From assembly GCA_024137785.1 (NCBI GenBank), contig JAHRHZ010000013.1, forward strand, positions 45,065,674 to 45,129,673: DNA of 64,000 bases. The letters run 5' to 3'. The position numbers and the translations under genes were made by a program. This DNA comes from Ginglymostoma cirratum. Taxonomy: Eukaryota. Position 1 is the stretch's first letter. The number at the start of each line of letters is the position of its first letter. A model generated the notes under the pieces. That model did no database searches. It was not told the origin of the DNA and worked only from the letters and a program-made list of their open reading frames with translations. Below are positions 27,404-39,856 of this stretch, piece after piece.

Positions 27404-27513
27404 CTGTGCATGAAATATTAGTAAATCCAGGTTAGATTTTAATGTTCAAGTTAGTATCAAAAGGCATGCATCGAAGAAATAATGTTTAAACTTTAAAAAT
27501 AAAATGTACTTAC

Positions 27514-27621
27514 AGGACACTCTATTGAGTCATCTATAAATTGTAAACCAAAATAGTCTTTCTCAATCAAGTCCAGGTGTTTATAGACCATATCCAACAG
27601 AACTTGACCGACATCTTGTTT
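27514..27621 (-). CDS. PTPN3: PTPN3 coding exon 2, FERM F1 ([36 protein letters not shown])
   Basis: 108 nt, ttttacAG / GTAAGT boundaries; FERM YFGL motif; overlaps ORF 27493..27678. Confidence 0.96.
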
Positions 27622-27859
27622 CTGTAAAATGAAACATGTTTTTTGATAGCAACAGCAAAGCATCCTGGGACTGTACAACCTGGGTACTTGGTTCCCACAG
27701 TTGGTCTAACTGAATATCAGAAATAAAAACAGAAAATGCTGAAAATATTCAGGTCATACTGCAACTGCAGAGAGAAAAACAAAAGTTAGCATTTCAGGTC
27801 AATAAACTTGATTAGATTTCAATTTCAAGAATCTGGGTAAATAAACAAACATATACTTT

Positions 27860-29480
27860 ACACCTGTCTTCACATAGGAAGTGGATGATGTGATAATTAC
27901 ATCGAAGGTGAAGGGAATTTATGGCCATAATCATAAGAGAAAAGTATAACAATAAAAGACGAAAGTTTCCAAATCCTCTAAATGCTGAATTAAGATAGAG
28001 TGCAACTTAGTTTGCAGAAAAAAAGGCAGAAATAGCTGGAGTACTTATCACAACTTTCCAATCCTCATTAGATACATGGATCCCATAGACAAACTGGAGA
28101 GTTACGTATCAGCATTCAAAAAAAAAGGAAGAGGATAAACTAGGAATTTACAGGTCAGTCAGCCTAACATCAGTGGAGGAAAAGTTACTAAAAACCACCA
28201 AGGACAAAATAAATCTTTATTTTCAAAGGCATCAGTTAATCAAGGAGAACCAGCACAAATATGTGTTAGAGACAAATCATTTATGAATAATTTGACTAAA
28301 TTCGTTGATGAAGTAACAAAGAAGACTGATCAAGTTAGTGCAGTATGTTTTATATATGTGGACTTCCAGAAAACATTCAATAATGTGCCTCACACAAGCC
28401 TTATTCTGAAACTGAAAGCCCATGTAGTTGAGGACAGAATGGATGCATGGCTACAATATTGGTTCAGTGTCAAGAAACAAGTATGGTAGTGGACAGATAT
28501 TTTTCAGACTGGGAGGTGAGCAATGGTCAGTTTTGGGTTCATTTGCCTTCACAATTTTTGTACGCAACTTTGACCTGGGTGTAGAGAGCAGTATTATAAA
28601 ATTCGCCAACTTCTTCCATATCTGCAAAGTAGTAGAGTGTATAGTGGAGAGGGCAATTGTATACTTCAGGATGACAGACTGGTTGTGAAACGAGCAGAGC
28701 CGAAGACAATAAAATGGAAAAAATATGAAGTGACCCACTTTGTGAAGACTAATAAGGAAATACAGTACATTATAAATAACAATATTTTATAAAGCATAAG
28801 TGAGCAGAAATGTTGGTGTTCAAATGCAAATATCATGAAAGGTAGCAGACAAGTTAATTAGATGGCTCAAAACATATGGATTACTTGGACGAGTACGAAT
28901 AGCAGAATATAACAAAGAAATCATGAGACAACTCCACAAATCACGTGTTAGACTTCCAGCTGGTCTACTGTACAATTCTGGGCACCGCACTTCAAAAAAG
29001 ATGTAATGGTATTTAGAAAATGAGTATATAGGAGATTTAACACCATTTTAGCAGAGATGGGGCACTTCAGTTAGGAAGTTGGAAGAGTTAGACTGTTCTC
29101 CTTGGAACCAGAAAAGGTGAAATGGTAACCTAAAAGAGACATTCAAGTTGCAGAAAGATTTTAATAAGAGTAACTAAAGAAAAATTATACTCACTGACAC
29201 ACAATTTAATAACCACAGGTCATAAATTTGAAATAATTGGGAGACAATCTAGTCAGGAGGTTAAAAAATTCACTTAGTCAGTGCAATTTGGAGCACTCTA
29301 CTTGAAAACGTGAAAACATGAAAACATGATTCTCAAGTTATTTTGAAAGGGAACTGGGCAGATATTTGAGGAAGAGCCTAATGTTGAAAAAAAAGTGAAG
29401 ATGTGAGGATAAGTATGACTCTCCCCAAAGAGCCAGCAGTGACATTTGGGCCAAAGGCTGTAAGTCTCCGTCTGCAGATC
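27860..29480 (+). mobile_element. Old CR1 ORF2 remnant
   Basis: NLTKFVDEVTKKTDQVSAVCFIYVDFQKTFNNVPH (RT DFQKAFDKVPH motif) and a GNxRxVSLTS-like segment. Confidence 0.8.
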
Positions 29481-29636
29481 AACAAAAGGGCATATTTTCT
29501 CTACAACCCCTCTACCCCAAATATGCACGGTAGGTCTCACAGTAGATTTATTTCCGACCGGAACATACTAACAAATAAAAAGAAAAAGCAAGAACCAAAT
29601 AAATTTGAGATATGAACACAAAAGCAACTCACAAAC

Positions 29637-30276
29637 AGATAACAAGATGTGGAGCTGGATGAACACAGCAGGCCAAGCAGCATCATAGGCGCAGGAAAGC
29701 TTGACGTTTCGGGCCTAGACCCTTCATCAGAAATGGGGGAGGGGAAGAGGGTTCTGAAATAAATAGGGAGAGAGGGGGAGGCGGATAGAAGATGGGTAGA
29801 GGAGAGGATAGGTGGAGAGGAGGCAGACAAGTCAAAGAAGCGGGGATGGAGCCAGTAAAGGTGAGTGTAGGTGGGGGTGTAGGGAGGAAATAGGTCAGTC
29901 CAGGGAGGACAGACAGGACAAGGGGGCGGGATGAGGTTAGTAGATAGGAGATGGGGGTGGGGCTTGAGGTGGGGGGAGGGGATAGGAGAGAGGAAGGACA
30001 GGTTAGGGAAGCAGGGATGACATGGTCAAGCAGTTTCAAGGCCAAAGAGATTATAAGAGAGTTGCAGTGGGAGAGAGATCCCCTGAGGATTGTCCGGAGG
30101 GAGGAGGGTAACTTCTTCAGGGTAGGCATCCTTAGAAGAGGCTTCGCAGTGGGGTTAAAATTGTATCAGAGATAATAGATACTGCAGATGCTGGAGAATC
30201 CGAGATAACAAGGTGTGGAGCTGGATGAACACAGCAGGCCAAGCAGCATCATAGGAGCAGGAAAGCTTGACGTTTC
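29637..30276 (-). mobile_element. Internally deleted non-autonomous Penelope-like element (family A) with direct terminal repeats
   Basis: A ~75-nt block (gataacaag.tgtggagctggatgaacacagcaggccaagcagcatcatagg..caggaaagcttgacgtttc) is repeated at 29637-29710 and 30203-30276; the 3' part matches 36155-36380. Confidence 0.8.
29703..29730 (-). ncRNA. Minimal type I hammerhead ribozyme core (intact)
   Basis: Minus strand reads CUGAUGA-AGGGUCUAGGCCC-GAAA-CGUC; all conserved core nucleotides present, GUC cleavage triplet. Confidence 0.8.
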
Positions 30277-31499
30277 AAGAGTGAGACCATGTTATTCAAC
30301 ATGTCACAATCACCATTCAGGAGACATGTTACATGTTAAACTAGTTAACTATGGCAAATTTGATTTTTTTAAAAAATCTAAGTACTTGCAGTCTGTCAGT
30401 CCTTAAAGTAGCACTGTGATAGGGATTTTCAATGCCAAATGTGTCACACTGTGTGCACACATTACTTCATTCATCATGTGAGTCTATCAACTTTCACAGT
30501 TGCAGAATCTGGCCAGAGCTCCCATAAGACACTGAAAAAATAGTGATCATATCCCCCCTTTGCACTTTACCTTATTAAAAAGTTCACAACACTCATTTCT
30601 ACCCAAATAAAAGTCGATCAGCATCCTGTTGTAGACCTTAATTTGCATATTTAAACTACCTTAGAGTTATCCATTTACAAGCCCACAAGAATATTTCAAT
30701 AACAAGGCATAAAGTGCCCAAGATAGTGGTCATGTGCTGACTCCCTTGCTGCTACCCACCCTTATGATTTTTCATTGCTGATATACTGTTCTTCATGTGA
30801 CAAATGAGAGGTTGGCAGATGAAAATCATTTCATATCAATGTCTGATTTTTACCAAAAATAATGGTTGAATTTTCAAAAGATAATTGATGATGCTTTCCA
30901 CCTGTAAAATGGATCCCACCTCTTGACATTCAGAAGCACTAAGTAAAAGACGCAAAGACAAGGGTGTCTAGAATGCCACTCTACTGTTAAATAAGCAGAA
31001 GATGAGAATGCGAGTTTTATTGGTCTTTGACCCCTTATCTCGTTTGCTGGTCCTCAAACATTGTTACTGCATGCCCATAGTTTTGGGAGTCTTTACAGAA
31101 GTGTGGGTAGCACAACTTGAGCCAACAGGGAGCTATGCCCACAATGGGGAGGCTGAGACAGAACAGGTGGCAGGTGCGCATCAAGTGGAGATGAAGGGAA
31201 TGGCGGAGGGATGGCAAGGGCACTGGAGGGCACAAAGGAGGATGCATGTACTGGAGGGGAGGTGGGTGGGGATGTGTGGTATTAGTAACAAGGACAGGAT
31301 GGCACTGGAGGACTGGAATGGAGGATGGATATTGCATAGAATAAAAGAATGAAATGTGGTTGATAGGAGGGATGAAAAGAAGGGAAGAGTATAGAATGGA
31401 GAGTGATATCAGGGAAAGGATGGAAAGGCACTCGATGGGGATTTAGAGAAGTACTATTCCCATAAGACATATAATTTCCTTTATCACAAATAAAGAACC

Positions 31500-31946
31500 A
31501 TCCTTTGTGTGAAAATATTTGCCTCCTCAGGTCCCTTTTAACTCTTTCTCCTCTCACCTTAAAAATATGCACCCTAGTTTTGAACTCTCCCACCCTAGGG
31601 AAAAGATCTTTGTTATTCACCTTATCTATGCCCTTCATGATTTTATAAACCTCTATAAAGTCACTCCTCAACCTTCTATACTGCAATGAAAAAGTCCTAG
31701 CCTATTCAGCCTCTCCTTATAAGTCAAACCCTCCAGTCCCAAAACATCCAGGTAAATCTGTTTTGAACCCTCTCCAATTTAATAATATCCTACCCATAAC
31801 AGGGTGACCAGAACTGTACACGGAGATAGTAGGAACTGCAGATGCTGGATCATCTGAGACAACAAGGTGTAGAGCTGGATGAACACACCAGGCCAAGCAG
31901 CAGAGGAGCAGGAAGGCTGACGTTTCAGGCCTAGACCCTTCTTCAC
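31500..31946 (-). mobile_element. CR1 fragment (31500-31822) abutting a family-A PLE terminus (31823-31946) with a near-complete hammerhead
   Basis: RRLRSDFIEVYKIMKGIDKV..LFPRVGEFKTR; minus strand gUGAAGA-agggucuaggccu-GAAA-CGUC. Confidence 0.8.
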
Positions 31947-33769
31947 GGTAAATGAAATTTACCAACTTAAAAAATTGGATCATTCAATCCTCATGAAATT
32001 ACTGTTTATTCCATGCATTGATCACTCTTTGTATTAAAAAAAACTTCCTTACACAAGTTCTAAATTCACCTTTTGCACTCGCTACAGATCAGCAATTAAA
32101 TTCAACTATGCCATCTATAGGTAATTTGTCCGGTTGTAACACTTCCCATACATTATGTCTTTGAAATCCAGATAACAATGAGTAGTCAAAATATTTATAT
32201 TTTCATAAACCTTACCCAAAAATAGTGAGACAGTGCATTTCAGCACAGAAATAAATTTACTGGTAACAGGATTTACAAATCACAATATCATGAATTCAGA
32301 AGGGGGAGGATAAAACGGTCACTGATGGACGCCAACTTTCAATGGAAAATGATTCTAGAGTTTTCTTTACCTCCAGTCAGTGTAATAGGCTCAGTCCAAC
32401 ATTATATTGGAATTGACTAGCACAGTACAAAATATTTGATTCAACAGCAACACAATTTTCTTCAACCATCAATTAGAGGATGCAACATCTAGATCGCTGA
32501 ATAGACTTATCTGTTCCAATAGTATTTTCCCCAAACACAGATGAGTATACAAAGAATAGGTACAAAAATTATTAAAACTATTTCCTTTTTCTACTTTTCT
32601 TGAAGTGCATGCAGGAAATTTGACAATATTTGGCTAAACAACTGTAATAGAAAAGTAGGGGACTATGAAATTAATCATGGTCTCCTAAGCATACCATCTG
32701 AATGACTTAAAGTAGTATAACTTTGAACATTTCTTTGAGGCCTCGATATCCAGGATAGGACACAATGTTTCCCATTTTGGCGGAAATGAAAAATAGTGAA
32801 TAAAATGTATCCTTATCCTTATCTGTTATTTCCCAAATCACTGTACACAACTGCAACTAGTTTATTATTATCTAGAAAATCATAACTAAAGGTCACTCAG
32901 AAGCTGAAAGCAGGCGAGCCGACTTCTTGATGATCTCCCAGAGGCATTCAGCTGTTAAGGTCCTCATCCAAATGTCTGAAGACCAGATGACCATTCTCAG
33001 GATCATGGAATCTTGGTTTTATGCCAACCAGGGGTAAGAGAACACAGCTGCTTATGTCAGATAAGATCTAAGCTGAAGGAAAGCTTTTAAATAAGTACCT
33101 TGTGTACTCAAGCCAAATTTAAAATAATATGCTTGAGAATACTAGAATTTGATACGCTTGCAAAGGCAGGAAAAAAAACAATGTTTCTGCTTTTAGTGAA
33201 GATAATACAAAAGCAGGAGGATTCTGATGCTTTCTATCAAATCTAGGTCTATAATGAGGTCCTACTTGCTCAACAAAAATGTTTTCCACTGAAGAGTCAA
33301 TTGCTACACGCCCCGTGAAAAGCCTGAGTAAAGAAACAAGGAGGCGAAGCAAATCCTTACATCAAGCGAGCCCGTTGCGTCTGCTGTTGAGGCAAAGCCT
33401 TGACCAACAGAAAAAAAAAATCAGTGTTTCAATCACATGGTATTGGAATACCTGTTGATAAAGAGTTACACCCAGTGGCAGGGAGCAAATTTGAGGTGCA
33501 CAGCCCGACCTGGCAGCAGTGAATCAGTCAATGCAAGCAGGGGTGCATAAAACCTTGGTGCAATGGTCAATAAATCAAACCTAGTCACAAAACTTTCACA
33601 GATATTGGGAGTAAAAAGTTAGAAGACCATTGCAGTACGTTCTAGCATGCTGAGCATGGCTTGAGAATAGGGAAAAAGACCATTAGGGATCAGAAAACAA
33701 AACAAACCGCTAACTTTTTCAAAAAAAATTATATTGTATGTTACCTATTATTAAGAAGTTACCAGGCTT

Positions 33770-34570
33770 TAGAATCAGAGCTGTACAGCATGGTAACAGA
33801 CCCTTTGGCCCAACTTGTCCATGCTGACTAGTTTTCCAAAATTAATCTAGTCCCACTTTCCAGCATTTGGCACATATCCCTCTAAACCCTTCCTATTCAA
33901 AAACCCATCCAGCTGCTTTTTAAATGTTGTAATTGTACCAGCCTCCACCAGTTCCTCTGGTAGCTCATTCCACACGCGGGGAAAAAGTTGCCTCTTAGGT
34001 CCCCTTTAAATCTTTCCCCTCTCACCTTAAACTTCTAGTTTTGGACTCCTCTACCCCAGGGAAAAGACCTCGTCTATATACCCTTTCCATGCCCCTCATG
34101 ATTTTATAAACTTCTACAAGGTCACCTCTCAGCCTCCGATGCTCCAGGGAATTTAGCCCCAGCCCATTCAGCCTCTCCCAATTGCTCAAGCCCTCCAGCC
34201 CTGCCAACATCCTTGTGAATCTTTTCTGAACCCTTTCAAGTTTCACAACATCCTTCCTATAGCAAGGAGACGAGAATTGCACGCAGTATTCCAAAAGTGG
34301 CCTAACTAATTCCTGTGCAGCTGCAATATGACCTCCTAATGCCTACACTCAATGCACTGAGCAATAAAGGCAAGCATACGAAACACCTTCTTCAAAATCC
34401 TGCCCACATGGGACTCTGCTTTCAAGGAACTACAAACCTGCACCCCAAGGTCTCTTTGTTCAGAGACACTCCCCGAGACCTTACCATTAAGTGCATAAGT
34501 CCTACCCTGATTTCCCTTTCCAAAATGCAGCATCTCACATTTATCTAAATTAAACTCCATCTGCCACTCA
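33770..34570 (-). mobile_element. CR1 LINE 3' ~800 nt
   Basis: MEFNLDKCEMLHFG..., EYCVQFSSPCYRKDVVKLERVQKRFTRM..., CR1 3' UTR. Confidence 0.92.
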
Positions 34571-35211
34571 ATGTTTAAATTTGTTCGCAGGCCTGAAAAC
34601 TCCCAGAGGGAGGGAATACTTGATTTCTGTTTAATAGCTATGATGTAATGAAGTCAACTGTTAGTATCAGCTGTTGGGTTGTTACACTCAAAACATCAAA
34701 TAGCGCCACACCTAAAGCAAGTAAAATTAATGGTCACAGCCAGATTAATAGCTCTTTAGTTAGATGCTTTGGGAAGAAGCAGGAATATAAATTATAGTTT
34801 GTCATGGTAAATGTGACTACTATCCTAGAGGATTTGGATTTCTCTCAAAACAGATGAGTATGCTAGTACTGTTACGAATGCAAATACATTCATATCAATC
34901 TCAAGAATTACAGAATTGTTACTGCACAAAAGGAAGCATTTGGCCTGTCATGTCTGCGCTAGCTTTCTGAAAGAGCAAATCACTAACCTGCTTTTCACCC
35001 TTAAGTCTGCAATTGTTATGATTTTTAGTTCATGATACAGATACAACCACATATTAGAAACAAGCAAGGTCTCAGAAGCTAAGTGTTATTCCATCAAAGA
35101 CGAGTTTCTCGCACACTGCCCAACAAATATGTTTACAAGAGCTGGGCTTAGCAGAAATCTCATTGACAAGATCATCTATCTGAGCATCCACAGTGTTATT
35201 AAAACTGAACA

Positions 35212-36380
35212 CAAGGACCGCAACTTCCCCCCCACAGTGGTCGAGAACGCCCTCGACCGTGTCTCCCGCATTTCCCGGAACACATCCCTCACGCCCCGTC
35301 CCCGCAACAATAACCAAAAAAGAATCCCCCTCGTCCTCACATACCACCCCACCAACCTCCGGATCCAACGCATCATCCTCCGACACTCCACCATCTGCCA
35401 CACCACACCACCACCAAAGACATTTTTCCCTCCCCACCCTTATCTGCCTTCCGGAGGGACCACTCCCTCCGCGACTCCCTTGTCCGCTCCACACTCCCCT
35501 CCAGCCCCACCACACCCGGCACTTTTCCTTGTAACCGCAGGAAGTGCTACACCTGCCCCCACACCTCCTCCCTCACCCCAATCCCAGGCCCCAAGAAGAC
35601 TTTCCACATCAGGCAGAGGTTCACCTGCACATCTGCCAATGTGGTATACTGCATCCGCTGTACCCGTTGTGGCTTCCTCTACATCGGGGAAACCAAGCGG
35701 AGGCTTGGGGACCGCTTTGCAGAACACCTGCGCTCAGTTCGCAACAAACAACTGCACCTCCCAGTCGCGAACCATTTCAACTCCCCCTCCCATTCCTCAG
35801 ATGACATGTCCATCCTTGGCCTCCTGCAATGCCACAGTGATGCCACCCGAAGGCTGCAGGAACAGCAAATCATATTCAGCCTGGGAACCCTGCAGCCCAA
35901 TGGCATCAATGTGGATTTCACAAGCTTCAAAATCTCCCCTCCCCCAACCGCATCCCAAAACCAGCCCAGCTCATCTCCACTTCCCTAACCTGTTTTTCCT
36001 CTCACCCCAAGCCACACCCCCATCTCCTATCTACTAACATCATCCCGCCCCCTTNNNNNNNNNNNNNNNNNNNNNNNNNNNNNNNNNNNNNNNNNNNNNN
36101 NNNNNNNNNNNNNNNNNNNNNNNNNNNNNNNNNNNNNNNNNNNNNNNNNNNNNNCTACCTACACTCACCTTTACTGGCTCCATCCCCACCTCTTCGACTT
36201 GTCTGCCTCCTCTCCACCTATCATCTCCTCTATCCGCCTCCCCCCTCTCCCTATTTATTTCAGAACCCTCTTCCCCTCCCCCATTTCTGAAGAAGGGTTT
36301 AGGCCCGAAACGTCAAGTTTTCCTGCTCCTATGATGCTGCTTGACCTGCTGTGTTCATCCAGCCCCGTGCTTGTTATCTC
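35212..36380 (+). mobile_element. Young 5'-truncated Penelope-like element: RT C-terminus/linker, GIY-YIG endonuclease, terminal repeat with hammerhead
   Basis: RIPLVLTYHP; Cys-rich linker PCNRRKCYTCP (Neptune-like); VVYCIRCTRCGFLYIGETKRRLGDRFAEH..VANHF..LGTLQPNGIN; frameshift near 35385; gap 36055-36154. Confidence 0.9.
36287..36314 (+). ncRNA. Minimal type I hammerhead ribozyme core (intact)
   Basis: CUGAAGA-AGGGUUUAGGCCC-GAAA-CGUC at the 3' terminus of the PLE. Confidence 0.78.
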
Positions 36381-37019
36381 TACAACTATGCAAGTTGCCA
36401 TGTCTAAGTTTAAAGATATTGATTCATGTGAAGGTGGCAGGTCCAGATCACCAAGACATCATCTTGCAGCCTAAATGTCTATGCATTGCTTCAGTGGTAC
36501 TTTGGAAATTAGGTCAGCAGTATCAAACATTTTGTGGAACAATTCAGAGATAACAGAGTGTAAAAGGGCATGACTTTCACGTGCCTCGGCAGCTCATGCA
36601 TACATAGTTGGAATGAGCTGTGAGGATGAACTTTACCATTAACCAGCAGCAACCAGAGCCATTGCTCATGTACGAATTCAGCAAACAATTTTTCAGGTTG
36701 CTTTCATGCAAGGCTGTCTGATCATACTGGATGACAGGTAATGGATATAAATTTGGTGAAAGTGTTTTAGCAATGCAATCAACATCAACAATAACCAGGT
36801 AATAAACTCTGTGTTCTCTCTGAAAGCATGGAGGGTCATTTCTGGTACGTTTTCATTGCACAACAAATGGGAAGAGGTATTGCTGACTTTGAATTGCTCT
36901 ACCGCTCCACTATCCTGTCAAAAGCCAGTGACCACTGAAGACATGGCAATGTGCCTGCCTGAAGTAGTGCATATATACTGTGGGAGTCTGAACTATTAGG
37001 CCCATTTCCCCACACAACA

Positions 37020-38205
37020 TGAATATCTGGCTGTATCGAGCAGTCTTAAGGCCAACTTGGACATACATATCAGTAAACCTGACAAAGGAGCCAGAATAGG
37101 CATCCTCAACCAGCATAACTGGGTCAATAAAATGGACACCATTCTTCATTACCTTTGCTGGTCTTGTGCAAGGTGGTATATACGACAGGGTTCATTGCAT
37201 CCACATACATACAGACTTCCCAAGACATAGAAGTGATATCCCTTTATTCTTTACCTTATCTATAAGTAGCACTGTACAACATAGACTGGCCAAATGATTG
37301 GGTGAATTACTGCAACCAGTTATGAGTAACTTTTCCACACACATGGCAAAGGATTCTTTCATGTTTACAAAGACCATAATAAGATGTGCATATTGATAAT
37401 AATAGTGCTCACATATACATATGGCATGGTTAGACTATTCATCAGTCTGCCACTCAAGGAGGCCATAGACATTTTCACTACAGCATTACACCATGATGGT
37501 CCAGGCCTGCCACCATTACGTGGAGCGATTTGCATTAAAATTCTGAATTCACCAACTCCTGTAGTTGAGTTTGGTTTTAAAAATACCATGTTTGTCCAAA
37601 TGGATGGTGTTTTTATGTGATCCCCGCCAAGGTCAGCTTTCACAAATATCTTTGTTAGGTTAGATGAGAAGCATGCCTTCGAAGGAACGACAAAACCTCC
37701 CAAACCTTGCATATTTTTAATGTTTGTTCTGTTTGAATTGATGGCTGCAGGCAAGGATTTCTTTATACGTCTTAATGGGCTCCATCCTGTGCTTAAATTC
37801 ACCTTTGAAATGGTGCTCTCAAGTAAGCTTCTTATAATTAATGCCCTCGTTGAGAAACGAGTTAGGGGTTCTCCACTACTGTCTACTACAAAACCATCTT
37901 CACTGGATAAGATACGTGTTGGGATTCCTGTAGTTCCATGTGCTGCAAGATTGGGCTCATCAGCTGTTTCAACTCAACAAAGTAAGTTTCAGCTCGTCTC
38001 TGGCCCATTTTACAGGGTAACATGTTCAGCAATCGGTCAACCTGCCTAGTTTAAAATGTAAACAAAGCTTGACAGTTAAGTATCAGGTATCATTAACTGG
38101 TGCATTCTCCAGGGCCATACTTCCATAGAGTCCATTTGCCAATCAGCACTGTCCTCTCATTGGATATAATGTTCTTTTCCCTTTATTTTGGCATTTCTTG
38201 CAAAT
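37020..38205 (+). mobile_element. Old Penelope-like RT pseudo-ORF (possibly Poseidon-type)
   Basis: KPDKGARIGIL, LPKT..DIPL, RLFISLPLKEAIDI, EFGFKNTMFVQMDGVFM*SP, LNGLHPVLKFTFE: PLE RT motifs with stops and frameshifts. Confidence 0.75.
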
Positions 38206-38210
38206 TCTCC

Positions 38211-38655
38211 TTATTAAGATTGAGTAGATTGGAACTATACTCATTGGAATTTAGAGGAATGAGGGAGGGATCTTATAGTAACATAAAATTATGAAGGGAA
38301 TAGATAAGATAGAAGCAGGGAGATTGTTTCGACTGGCGGGTGAAACTAGAACTGGGGGCGTAGCCTCAAAATAAGGGGGAGCAGATTTTGGACTGAGTTG
38401 AGGAGGAACCACTTCACCCAAACGACTGTGAATCTGAGGAATTCCCTGCCCAGTGAAGCAGTTCAGGCTGCCTCATTAAATGCTTTTAAGGCAAGGATAG
38501 ATAGATTTTTGAACAGTAAAAGAAATAAAGGGTTATGGTGAGCAGGTGAATAAGTGGAGCTGAGCCCATGAAAAGATCAGCTATGATCTTACTGAATGAT
38601 GGAACAGGCTCGACTGGCCAGATGGCCTACTCCTGTTCCTATTTCTTATGTCCTT
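38211..38655 (+). mobile_element. CR1 3' end
   Basis: LSRLELYSLEFRGMR...; tail cctactcctgttcctatttcttatg. Confidence 0.88.
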
Positions 38656-38687
38656 ATGAGTGGGGAAAAAAAAAATGCATTGACAAG

Positions 38688-38815
38688 ATTTTCTGAAGAA
38701 GGATCCTGACCAGAAATGTTACCCTCCCTGCTCCTCTGATTCTGCCTGGCCTGCTGGGCTCCTCCAGCTCCACACTGTTATCTCTGACTCCACCATCGGC
38801 AGTTCTTACTATTGC
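38688..38815 (+). mobile_element. Family-A PLE terminus with degenerate hammerhead (core 38693-38720)
   Basis: CUGAAGA-aggauccugacca-GAAA-UGUU followed by ccctgctcctctgattctgcctggcctgctg. Confidence 0.7.
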
Positions 38816-39856
38816 TGAGTGAGCATTGAGAAGATGTCATTCCTTTCAGCAATACATTTTCAAAAGTTTCTCCAATTCAAAGGAGGTGAGAGTCAACGCA
38901 TTTCAGAGGGAAAAATAAGGCAAGAGAACAAACAATAAATAATAGTGAGGTTTAGGGTTAAGGAAATATGTGGGATTCTTTTCCTTAACAATTGAGACTT
39001 TGAAACAAAAGAACCAATGGAAAGTTAAAGACTTGAAACTTTAACTGTCCTTGTTTTATGCCAGATTTCTAGCTCTGAAGATTTTTGCTTTCGAATTGGT
39101 TTACTCTAGAACCATATAAAACACTAGTCTGACAACAACTAGTGTCTGGTCACCACAATGTGCAAAGGATGTGAATATAATAGAGGGAGTATAGAGGAGA
39201 TTTGTTAAGGTGTTGTTAGGAATGGATTTTTTTATGTAGGTATGAGGAAAGATTGGATAATTTTTGTTGAATCAAAGAAAGTTGAGGGGATTATTGGGCT
39301 ATAAAATTATGAGGGTCTTCGAAAGAATGGATAGCAAGGACCAAATTTCCTTTAGCAGAGACAGCTCAACACCAAATGGGAATATATTTCAAGTATTTTT
39401 CAAAGGGATTAGAACGCAATTGTTAAGAAAACTTTTCATCGAGGCTGCATCAACAAGATTGGAACGCACTGCCTGTGAAAAGGCTGGCAGAGGCAGAAAT
39501 CCTCATTACTTCATGCCCTTGAAGTGATATAACCTACTGGGCTATAGACCAAGGGCTAGAAAGTGGGATTAGATTGTATCAAACAGCCCGAGCATAAGGA
39601 GACTGCTTCAGTTAAGGCTCTGGTCAATGTTAGCCTTCAGGCTGTCAAAGGTTCAATGAGTTAAATCTCTAACATGTTGGGTAATCCAATAAATCATGCA
39701 TGCTTCACTGCAGGCCACTACTGATCAATTCACCTGTTTGTTCAATAATGCAAACTGGAAGGGAGAGACTCTTGTGGCACAGTGATAGTGTTTTTACCTC
39801 CGAATCAGTACATTGGGTTCAAGTCCCACCTGCTGTAGTGGTGTGTGATAGCATCA

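Larger units (their letters stand above)
35075..36540 (-). mobile_element. Old PLE RT fragment split by a younger PLE insertion
   Basis: 36540-36381 reads FDTADLISKVPLKQCIDI..GDLDLPPS..MATCIVV and resumes at 35210-35075 with FSFNNTVDAQIDD..SPALVNIFVG..EKLVFDG. Confidence 0.65.

Noticed and set aside
31002-31450. 116-aa ORF and GA-rich repeats
   Set aside because: Low-complexity purine-rich tract with no recognisable domain or convincing splice signals.
29637-31946. CRISPR-like or LTR direct repeats
   Set aside because: The repeats are dispersed PLE terminal repeats with no regular spacers, no cas genes, and no TG..CA or PBS features; the DNA is vertebrate.
35129-36037. 302-aa ORF, the longest in the window, as a novel gene
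   Set aside because: It is a chimera of antisense old-PLE sequence, a short in-frame PLE segment and an off-frame read of the GC-rich PLE; not a host gene.
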